DNA from: Pyrinomonadaceae bacterium
GTDB taxonomy: Bacteria; Acidobacteriota; Blastocatellia; Pyrinomonadales; Pyrinomonadaceae
DNA: 58,361 nt
Reading direction: 5' to 3'
NCBI GenBank assembly: GCA_035601635.1
Contig: DATNNY010000654.1
Location: forward strand, 1 to 58,361
Both the position numbers and the translations under genes were made by a program. Every line of letters begins with the position of its first letter. Within the stretch, counting starts at the first letter, position 1. Below are positions 1 to 7,483 of this stretch, one piece after another. The notes under the pieces were generated by a model. The model was given only the letters and a program-made list of their open reading frames with translations, was not told the DNA's origin and did no database searches.

Positions 1-747
1 CCGCAGCTCAATCGTTACTAAACCGCCGCTCTCTGACGACAACTTGCCGGCATGGACCGCCGCATTACAGATCGACGAATCGAGGGTGTAAATGTCGGTG
101 CCCCACACCGAGCTTTCTTTGCCACCAGGGGGACATTTGAATTTGTAGGTCTTGCCGGTTTCGACGCTGAGCGCTGAAGCCGACGTGTTCCAGAGCACAG
201 GTGTCTGGTCATCGGCTGCTCGCACTACCGCCTCAGTGTTTGGAGTTTTGAAAACGAAGCTGTGCTGATACGAACCGAAAGCGCTGGTGGTCACGCCGTT
301 TCTTTCGCTGGTGCCATAAATGGTCCGGCCCGGGCGCAATTCGATGGTGACCGCGCCGCCTTGCTGGTAGGTGATCAATCCGCTATGAACACCGGCCGTG
401 CAGATTGATGAATCAGCCGTATAGATGTCGCTGCCCCAAACCGCATGCGCTGCGCCTCCCGGCGCGCACATCAGCGTAAACGTCTCTCCGTCTTTGCCGT
501 TTAGCGACGCGGCGTTGGCTTCCCAGGTCGTTGGTGTGCCTGCACCGGCTGAAGATGGCGGCGCAGAAGGCGAAGTGTTTGAGTTGTCTGGTGAAGTACT
601 TGTGTGGCCACCGCCACTCGCGCTGTTTTCATTTCTCAGTTTTGAGCAACCGGCGCTGCCGAGCACGATTGCGGCCAGCAAGAGCCCAACCCAGCGGCCG
701 ACGATCCTTCGCTCGATGCGGAAGATTGATTGGTACGATGGTGTCAC
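1..747 (-). CDS. LCCL-domain lipoprotein (C-terminal end runs off window start)
   Basis: Absent from the ORF track. I translated the minus strand by hand: GTG at 747, frame open to base 1 (249 codons). N-terminus is VTPSYQSIFRIERRIVGRWVGLLLAAIVLGSAGC (signal peptide plus lipobox). Two LCCL-like signatures follow: WGSDIYTADSSICTAGVHSGL and WGTDIYTLDSSICNAAVHAGK. Confidence 0.7.
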   Translation of the reverse strand, partial: MTPSYQSIFRIERRIVGRWVGLLLAAIVLGSAGCSKLRNENSASGGGHTSTSPDNSNTSPSAPPSSAGAGTPTTWEANAASLNGKDGETFTLMCAPGGAAHAVWGSDIYTADSSICTAGVHSGLITYQQGGAVTIELRPGRTIYGTSERNGVTTSAFGSYQHSFVFKTPNTEAVVRAADDQTPVLWNTSASALSVETGKTYKFKCPPGGKESSVWGTDIYTLDSSICNAAVHAGKLSSESGGLVTIELR

Positions 748-1164
748 GTAGACGGATCCTTTCGTCTTGCCAGGTTTAATGAGCGGGGTGCAGTGAGTAT
801 ACCAGTCAGATGAATTGTGTGAAACGACCGCGTCGAATCGGTTGTCCGTCATGAGGCCCCAAGGGCCGTCACGCGATAGCCACGATCAGGGTCCGGAATG
901 TTGAAATCAACCGGAGGTCCGAATTAACGGCATTACTGTCGCGCATGTCGGCCCTTCGGGCCTTGTTGTTTTTGGACGGACGACCCCGACCTGACGGTTG
1001 GGGCTATTTCATGTCGGCGCTTCGCGCCTGATCAATACGAAAGCGAACCACGCCGGCCCGACCACCGTATTACCTGGCGTCAACAGGGTATTCACCGCCT
1101 TACAATATTTGCGGCCGCCGTACGTCTACAGTAATGGTTTGATGAGCTGTCGAGCACCCGCCAG

Positions 1165-1746
1165 ATGAACGAGCAAGGCTTCGACCAGGATCGGCAAATC
1201 TCTGAAGTCATCGCGGCAGAACGATCCCGGCTGCGCAATTTCATCCGCCGGCGCGTGGCCGATCCGCGCGACGCTGAGGACATTCTGCAGGACGTCTTCT
1301 ACAAGCTGGTGGAAGCGAACCGCCTGCTGATGCCGATCGACCACGTGACCGGCTGGCTGTTTCGCGTGGCGCGCAATCGCATCACGGACCTTTTCCGGAA
1401 GCAGAAGACAGAGAGCTTCAGCGACTCGAGCGTAGAGGACGAACAAGGCGAACTGCTTCGGCTCGAAGATCTTCTGCCATCGCCGGATGCGGGACCAGAA
1501 GCGCTCTATGTCCGCCGAGTACTGCTCGATGAGTTGGAACTTGCTCTCGAAGAACTGCCTAATAATCAACCGATGAGCCAGCGTGAAGTATTCATTGCTC
1601 ACGAACTCGAAGGGCGCAGCTTCAAAGAGTTGTCGGCGGAGAGCGGCGTTAACACTAACACGCTACTCGCGCGCAAGCGCCACGCGGTCCTGCATCTACG
1701 CCAGCGACTGCAGAGCATTTACGACGAGTTTACCAGTAATGGCTAA
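1165..1746 (+). CDS. ECF-type RNA polymerase sigma-70 family factor
   Basis: 193 aa. Region 2-like DAEDILQDVFYKLV and WLFRVARNRITDLFRK. Region 4 HTH is REVFIAHELEGRSFKELSAESGVNTNTLLARKRHAVLHLRQRL. Confidence 0.9.
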   Translation: MNEQGFDQDRQISEVIAAERSRLRNFIRRRVADPRDAEDILQDVFYKLVEANRLLMPIDHVTGWLFRVARNRITDLFRKQKTESFSDSSVEDEQGELLRLEDLLPSPDAGPEALYVRRVLLDELELALEELPNNQPMSQREVFIAHELEGRSFKELSAESGVNTNTLLARKRHAVLHLRQRLQSIYDEFTSNG

Positions 1747-1907
1747 GTTGAAACGCACTGCGTTCTCTGCGAAGACCTCGGCGCTCTCTGCGGTTGAGCG
1801 TTCTTGAAGGTGTTATTAACCGCACGGGCCACAGGGGATTTCGCAGAGGGACGCAGAGAAGAGCGAGATTAGATCACGAGCAGTTAAAACAGGTGAGGAA
1901 ACACAAC

Positions 1908-2246
1908 ATGAAAAAGAGAATGATTTGGATGGCTCCCGCGGCGATCCTGGGGATGGTGGTCTTCATCACGATTGGCGGCACAGTAGTGATGCTTTTGTGG
2001 AATTGGCTGGCGCCGGCGTTGTTCGGATTGCGGTTAATTACCCTCTGGCAGGCTATCGGATTGCTGGCTCTCTGCCGAATTCTGTTCGGAGGCTTTGGTC
2101 TTGGTAGTGGTCATCGCTCCAGTTCGCGAGGGCGAATGGGCGAACGCTGTAAGCCGATGACGCCGGAGGAACGGGAAAGAATCCGCCAGGGACTTCATGA
2201 TCGCTCGAGGCAGACGGCGCCGCTGGATTCGAATCCCCGCGACTGA
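1908..2246 (+). CDS. small membrane protein downstream of the ECF sigma (possible membrane partner/anti-sigma, unproven)
   Basis: ATG at 1908 is preceded by GAGGAA. MKKRMIWMAPAAILGMVVFITIGGTVVMLLWNWLAPALFGL gives two hydrophobic helices followed by a basic tail. The ORF-track start at 1794 is probably too far upstream. Confidence 0.45.
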   Translation: MKKRMIWMAPAAILGMVVFITIGGTVVMLLWNWLAPALFGLRLITLWQAIGLLALCRILFGGFGLGSGHRSSSRGRMGERCKPMTPEERERIRQGLHDRSRQTAPLDSNPRD

Positions 2247-2307
2247 TTGCGGACCGATCTGCTTTGCACGAACGCTTGATTCAATGCACGGACAGGGAGG
2301 AACGAGT

Positions 2308-3051
2308 ATGAGCACATCTATAACGCTGGAACGGATCGCAGAAGCATCGCCACGGCTGAAGGCCAGGATTGCCGGCGGTTTGTGGTTGCTCTGCATCATA
2401 GCAAGCGTCGGGGGCTTCATCGCTGCGGCTCCACTAATAGTGGCCAACGACGCAGCGGCTACGGCGAAGAACATTCTGGCGAACGAATCACTGTTTCGTC
2501 TCGGATTTGCCGTCGATTTGACTAGCGGCTTGTCCTATTTGGGGGTCACAGTCTTCCTCTATTACGTGCTGAAACCCGTCAGCAAAAGTCTCTCACTGCT
2601 GGCGGCGTTCTTCGGCCTGGCAGGCGTCGCGATCGGAGCCCTCGGGTGGGTCAGTCATCTCGCGCCTTTGGTTCTATTGCATGGTGATCAATACCTGAGT
2701 GCGTTCACATCGAGTCAGTTACAAGCGATGTCGATGGTCTCTCTCAAGCTGCAGATGCAGGTCTTTAGCATCGGCATGGTATTTTTCGGAATTCAGTGCA
2801 TCTTGATGGGATGCCTGGTTGCGCGATCGACGTTCCTGCCACGCATCCTGGGCGCACTCCTGGCAATCGGCGGCACAAGTTACGTAATCGCCTCTTTTGC
2901 GAACTTCTTATTACCACTGTTCGGCGCACGCCTAATACCTTTCATCATGCCCGTGGCGCTGATCGGCGAAGGATCGCTGAGCCTGTGGCTCCTCGTTAAG
3001 GGCGTGAACGAACAACGATGGTACGAGCAGGCCGGCGCAGCGGGGATTTGA
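2308..3051 (+). CDS. DUF4386-family integral membrane protein (paralog 1)
   Basis: ATG at 2308 follows GGGAGG. Motifs RIAGGLWLL, NDAAATAKNILANESLFRLG, FLPRILG and GEGSLSLWLLVKGV match the DUF4386 consensus as I remember it. Confidence 0.8.
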   Translation: MSTSITLERIAEASPRLKARIAGGLWLLCIIASVGGFIAAAPLIVANDAAATAKNILANESLFRLGFAVDLTSGLSYLGVTVFLYYVLKPVSKSLSLLAAFFGLAGVAIGALGWVSHLAPLVLLHGDQYLSAFTSSQLQAMSMVSLKLQMQVFSIGMVFFGIQCILMGCLVARSTFLPRILGALLAIGGTSYVIASFANFLLPLFGARLIPFIMPVALIGEGSLSLWLLVKGVNEQRWYEQAGAAGI

Positions 3052-3152
3052 CCGCAAGCGCAATGCATTCTTGATTCGATCAGTCGCTCAGGAAATGAAG
3101 AGCGTTCAACGCTGAAAGGCTTGTCGACCGCGAGATATAAGGAGACAGAGTC

Positions 3153-3851
3153 ATGCACCCCACCAAAAAGGCCGCACGCATAGCAGGAGCGCTATATCTA
3201 TCCATGGCTCTCTTTGCTCCCTTCAGCCTGATCTATATTCCCAGGACCATGATCGTGCGCGGGGACGCAACTGCGACCGCCGGCAGGATCCTCGATCACC
3301 AGACGGTTTTCCGCCTCGGCATCGTCGCTGAGCTGATGTCTTCCCTGATTTTCATCTTCCTGGTCCTGGCTCTCTACCGTTTGCTCAGCGGCGTCAATCA
3401 GACGCATGCTTCGTTGATGGTGGTCCTGGTCCTGATCGCGGTCGCCGTCGGGTTTGTGAATGTGTTGAATAACGTCGCGGCCCTGACGCTCTTCCGCGGC
3501 GAGAATTTCCTCGCGGTATTCGACAAACCGCAGCGGGACGCGCTGGGCATGTTGTTCCTCAGCTTGCATCGGCAGGGACTTCAGGTTGCCGAGATCTTTT
3601 GGGGCCTGTGGCTTTTCCCCTTCGGCGTACTGGTAATGAGATCGGGCTTCCTTCCCCGGATTCTGGGCGTCTGGCTGATCGTCAACTGCTTCCCTTATCT
3701 GGCCCTCAGCCTTACGGGCTTACTGTTCCCGCAATACCAGGAGATGGTTTATCGCATCGCCTTCCCCGTTCTGTTCGGAGAGTTGGCGATCGCGCTGTGG
3801 CTTCTGATTAGGGGCATAAAGGTGCAACCATTGGCCGCCGCGGCCTCTTAA
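3153..3851 (+). CDS. DUF4386-family integral membrane protein (paralog 2)
   Basis: 232 aa with ARIAGALYL, GDATATAGRILDHQTVFRLG, FLPRILG and GELAIALWLLIRG. Confidence 0.85.
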   Translation: MHPTKKAARIAGALYLSMALFAPFSLIYIPRTMIVRGDATATAGRILDHQTVFRLGIVAELMSSLIFIFLVLALYRLLSGVNQTHASLMVVLVLIAVAVGFVNVLNNVAALTLFRGENFLAVFDKPQRDALGMLFLSLHRQGLQVAEIFWGLWLFPFGVLVMRSGFLPRILGVWLIVNCFPYLALSLTGLLFPQYQEMVYRIAFPVLFGELAIALWLLIRGIKVQPLAAAAS

Positions 3852-3926
3852 TCGAGCGGTCGTGGCGTCATACTCACTTGATTGAGTCGCTACGCATTTT
3901 GATCTTTAGGCATAAGGAGAAGTCGG

Positions 3927-4601
3927 ATGACTCGCACCACGAACGCCAGGATCGCCGGCGCCACATTCCTGCTCTACATCGCGGTCGGCATAGCCGGTGT
4001 GATCCTGTTCGGCCGGGCGACCAGCGGAGACGGGATCGCGGTCAAGCTCGCGAGCATCGCGCAGCACACGACAGAGGTCCGCGTCGCGGTGGTGCTCTCG
4101 CTGCTCACTTGCTTTACGGCCCTCGTGCTGGCCGTGACGTTGTATGGGATCACGCGCGACCAGGATCCCGACCTCGCGATGCTGGCCCTGACCTGTCGCG
4201 TCGCCGAAGGCTTGCTCGGTGCGATCTTCCTGCTAGCGACGCTGGGACTGCTGTGGCTCGGGACGACCGCTGGAGCAAATGCCCCGGACGAGAGGGCGGC
4301 GCGGGCGCTCGGCGCGTTTCTTCTTAAGGTGCAGAGTTGGAGCACGATGATCGGGGCGATCTTCTTCGCCGTCGGCAGTATGCTCTTCTCCTACCTTTTG
4401 CTGCGCGGCCGAATGATTCCCGCGGCACTCGCATGGCTCGGGGTGATCGCGTCGGTGCTGCTCGTTGTGGGCCTTCCCGTTCAGCTCTCTGGATTCTTCA
4501 CCAGCCCGGTTTTCGGGCTGATGTGGTTACCGATGCTCGTGTTCGAGTTGACGCTCGCGCTGTGGTTGCTCATCAAGGGAGTAGCAAAAAGAGCGGTCTA
4601 G
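3927..4601 (+). CDS. DUF4386-family integral membrane protein (paralog 3)
   Basis: 224 aa with ARIAGATFLLYI, RMIPAALAWLG and FELTLALWLLIKGV. Same architecture as the two preceding ORFs. Confidence 0.8.
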   Translation: MTRTTNARIAGATFLLYIAVGIAGVILFGRATSGDGIAVKLASIAQHTTEVRVAVVLSLLTCFTALVLAVTLYGITRDQDPDLAMLALTCRVAEGLLGAIFLLATLGLLWLGTTAGANAPDERAARALGAFLLKVQSWSTMIGAIFFAVGSMLFSYLLLRGRMIPAALAWLGVIASVLLVVGLPVQLSGFFTSPVFGLMWLPMLVFELTLALWLLIKGVAKRAV

Positions 4602-4663
4602 GCAAACTGGCAAAGGCGCGGGAATGTGAAAGGAACAGTGTCCAGGTTGGTTTCGTCGTCCTA

Positions 4664-4785
4664 GGTTCTCATAGTTATTGAAATCTGGTCGATGAGATTA
4701 CAAGAACTTACAAGACTTTTCTCACAGTTAGTGAATCCCGATTCTCATTGTTAGTGATTTCCTGCTTACAAATTCTCGTTGTTCT
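4664..4785. repeat. Tn7-like left-end repeat block, copy A (three putative TnsB-binding sites)
   Basis: Sites are at 4664-4684 (GGTTCTCATAGTTATTGAAAT), 4717-4738 (TTTTCTCACAGTTAGTGAATCC) and 4740-4761 (GATTCTCATTGTTAGTGATTTC). The block aligns along about 125 bp with 11917-12040. Confidence 0.6.
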
Positions 4786-4838
4786 CGAGTTCAGTGTCAC
4801 CCAAGAGACAAACTAGGGACGTGGCCTACTGAGAATTA

Positions 4839-4929
4839 GATTTCAATAACTATAGTGCGGTCAATCTTCAACACTTTAGAAGAATTTTCTCACAGTTACT
4901 GAATCCGGATTCTCACCTGTTATTGATTC
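4839..4929. repeat. second, partial set of Tn7-like end sites (right-end-like site plus two left-end-like sites)
   Basis: ATTTCAATAACTATAGTGCGG (4839-4860) resembles the middle right-end site TCACTAACTATGGTGCGG. TTTTCTCACAGTTACTGAATCC (4886-4906) and GATTCTCACCTGTTATTGATTC (4908-4929) repeat the inner left-end sites. Confidence 0.5.
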
Positions 4930-5251
4930 TTATCGGCCCAACTACATCAGTTAATGCCGCTGGCTTCGCCCACCAATCTTCCGATCTAAATGGATTGCTC
5001 CTGTCACCAGGCGAGGCGCAACCGCTTTGGTATTCTTGCGCAGTTCTTTGCTATTGACAGATTTCTTCTGGGGCAGTAGAGTGTCGAAGCTATAAGCCAG
5101 CGGAGTTTTCGGCGGCGTTTTGAAGTTTGTCCCCGTTGACTGCGATCACCGCTTCAGCATCACACACTTCAGCTGCCCTCTCATCCTGCGACAGCCGCGA
5201 GTCCAACAAGGATAATATCGTCGATGGCGAGCAGGTCGCATTTACCAGCTT

Positions 5252-7483
5252 TTGACCTTGGCAATCGCTATGGCCTCACAGCATAACTTTCACGCTTCCC
5301 TAAAGAATCTTCTTCTGCCCGACCTTCGCGGCATGCGTAAGTGGGTGCTGATTCTGGGCTACATCGTTCTTGCAGCAGCCTTATTGGGAGTCGTCTACGT
5401 TCGTTTTTACGAACGGTTCAGCATGAACGAGTGTAAGAGCGATGGGCCGCAGAAGAATTGCCAGCAGCAACTTACTGCGGTTGAAGTTCCGCCGGTTAAG
5501 ACAGCAGCAAACCATTCAGGGATGTTCCCAGCGGGCGATCTGCTTACGGGAAGCTTCTTCCCGAATGTTCGACAGGCAACTGTCGCGAGTCAGCATTCTG
5601 TTCGTTACGCGCATCATCATACGCAACCAACTGGAAGCGAACAGATCAAAGCAGAAGACGGAACTGAGGAATCAAATTCAGCCAGTCTGTCGACGAATGT
5701 TCTACTTCCCGTTACGAGTGGCGTTGCGCAACCTGAAGCTTCGCCATCGCCCTCATTGCAGGCGCCACAAGATGCGACGCCAAAGTCGGCAAGTAAAAAT
5801 AAGAAACCTAACGCAATCAAACGGTTTGTCTTTTGGCTATGGAGTCTCTTCGCACCCAGGACGCAGTCTTTCATACCTGGCTTACCATCTCTGACATTTT
5901 CACCGTCAAGTTCCGCAAGCCCTTCAACCACGGTTCGGCTGCACTGTTTGCGCGGCAGCCCATGCGTTGTACAGTTTGGCGATTTGCGGGAATTCTACCG
6001 ACCTACATTCGAAGTAACCACGGGCGAAATACGGAAAGAACGTGGGGCGATGATTTGGGATCTTTCGGGAACGGAATCGGGTCTCTATGAGATGCGGATG
6101 CAGTTCGCAGGAAGTAGCAGAAAAGCTTTCGTAGCGATCGAGTGTCCGGATTGCGAGACTGGGCCGACGCCGACCCCAACACCACAGTCCACCCCTACAC
6201 CCCTGGCCACCCCGACGCCGATCCGGACGCCCACGCCAACGCCGACACCCACGCGGACACCAACGCCGCAACCGACGCCGACTCCAGTATGGACCCCAAC
6301 ACCATCGGCGACACCAACTGTGGCGCCGCCATCGCCAACGCCGGCGCGCACCCCGACGGCAGGACCAACGCCGGCCTGGACTACATCGCCAACGCCAACG
6401 CCTTTTGCAACCCCAAGCGGTTCGCCTGCAACTTCGGCAACGCCTCTACCTTTGCAGGAGACTGACTATGCGAATCAATCGTGGCCCGAAAAACTTCCCA
6501 AAGCCTGGGACAGTTACATTACGGTTGAGTTTCAGAGAACCTATGGACCGAAGGAACGACCAACCCCATCGCAATCCCCCGGTATTGTTTCAAGCTCGAC
6601 TCGCCTTCCCATCGTTCCCGGCGGGGAAGGAAATCCCGATAACGAGTTGTATGAAGCTTCTGCTTCAGTGGAGATAGCAAACACGAGCGACCTTGAAGCA
6701 CTACCGAATGGTGATAACGGAGACAAGTCGCTCGACGGGCGAAGACTCGTGCAGTGGACAATTCCGTTTAGATTGAAGAGCAATGTTACTCAACAGCGGG
6801 CTTTCGAGCTAATTTTCAACGTCAAGCTAACAAATAAGAAGACCGGCCAGTCGAAAACCACGTCGTACCATCTCGCGCCAGCATCAATCAAGGTGCACTG
6901 GATTCCGGGAACCAAGCTGCAAGCCTATGGTCTCTTTGGAACCCTTTTCCCGTTTTCATTCGCAATGATAATTTTTCCTGCAATAAAAGTTCAGTTCGGC
7001 GCCCTGGCGGGGCTCGGGCAAGAAGACGGCCAGTTGGCGAGCACGGGAGAATCCGTGATCGAGGAAGAAAACGTGCTCCACGCCAACCTTTGGCTTGAGG
7101 ACAAGGACAAGAGACCAATCCCGCCACCTCTCAGTCTCGAGTGGGGATCTGAGTATCGTCTGCTGTTTGCGATCGAGCCTGAGCTTAGAGAGTTCCTGAG
7201 CAGCAGCCAACTATTCATTGAGCCGCCTGAGCTTCAAAAAAGCCGGAGCACTGATGTCGAAATCCAGGTGATGAGTAGGTTGCTGAGAACCAAACTCGGA
7301 TGCGAGACGCGTAAGGTCGCATATTATTCAGGCAGGGGATTCGCACCTGAAGCTTTCGACATTGCGCCAGTTGCCGAGGGCTGGTACTCAATTACGGTTC
7401 GCCTCTTCTATCGAGAAACCATCATTTATCGCGAGAAAATAGAGGTGGAGGTAAAGGGCGCAACGAGAGCGGCGCGCGCTTGA
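5252..7483 (+). CDS. membrane-anchored protein with a long Pro/Thr linker and a C-terminal domain shared with the downstream kinase
   Basis: 743-aa ORF. The real start may be ATG at 5270 or 5333. N-terminal TM helix is WVLILGYIVLAAALLGVVYV. A (T/S)P-rich linker lies around 6160-6450. The C-terminal roughly 130 aa are homologous to residues encoded at 8430-8825. Confidence 0.7.
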   Translation: MTLAIAMASQHNFHASLKNLLLPDLRGMRKWVLILGYIVLAAALLGVVYVRFYERFSMNECKSDGPQKNCQQQLTAVEVPPVKTAANHSGMFPAGDLLTGSFFPNVRQATVASQHSVRYAHHHTQPTGSEQIKAEDGTEESNSASLSTNVLLPVTSGVAQPEASPSPSLQAPQDATPKSASKNKKPNAIKRFVFWLWSLFAPRTQSFIPGLPSLTFSPSSSASPSTTVRLHCLRGSPCVVQFGDLREFYRPTFEVTTGEIRKERGAMIWDLSGTESGLYEMRMQFAGSSRKAFVAIECPDCETGPTPTPTPQSTPTPLATPTPIRTPTPTPTPTRTPTPQPTPTPVWTPTPSATPTVAPPSPTPARTPTAGPTPAWTTSPTPTPFATPSGSPATSATPLPLQETDYANQSWPEKLPKAWDSYITVEFQRTYGPKERPTPSQSPGIVSSSTRLPIVPGGEGNPDNELYEASASVEIANTSDLEALPNGDNGDKSLDGRRLVQWTIPFRLKSNVTQQRAFELIFNVKLTNKKTGQSKTTSYHLAPASIKVHWIPGTKLQAYGLFGTLFPFSFAMIIFPAIKVQFGALAGLGQEDGQLASTGESVIEEENVLHANLWLEDKDKRPIPPPLSLEWGSEYRLLFAIEPELREFLSSSQLFIEPPELQKSRSTDVEIQVMSRLLRTKLGCETRKVAYYSGRGFAPEAFDIAPVAEGWYSITVRLFYRETIIYREKIEVEVKGATRAARA
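6163..6440. repeat. low-complexity Pro/Thr-coding repeat (TPTPTP...)
   Basis: Translated as TPTPTPQSTPTPLATPTPIRTPTPTPTPTRTPTPQPTPTPVWTPTPSATPT. This region generates several spurious alternate-frame ORFs. Confidence 0.9.

Noticed and set aside
1126-1602. 158-aa minus-strand ORF
   Set aside because: It is antisense to the well-supported ECF sigma factor gene.
5924-6465. Several ORFs overlapping the Pro/Thr-rich region (for example 6085-6351 minus, 6142-6465 plus)
   Set aside because: These are alternate-frame readings of the TPTPTP-coding repeat (GVGVGV and ADADPN type sequence), not independent genes. The repeat is also not a CRISPR array, because it has no spacer/repeat periodicity.
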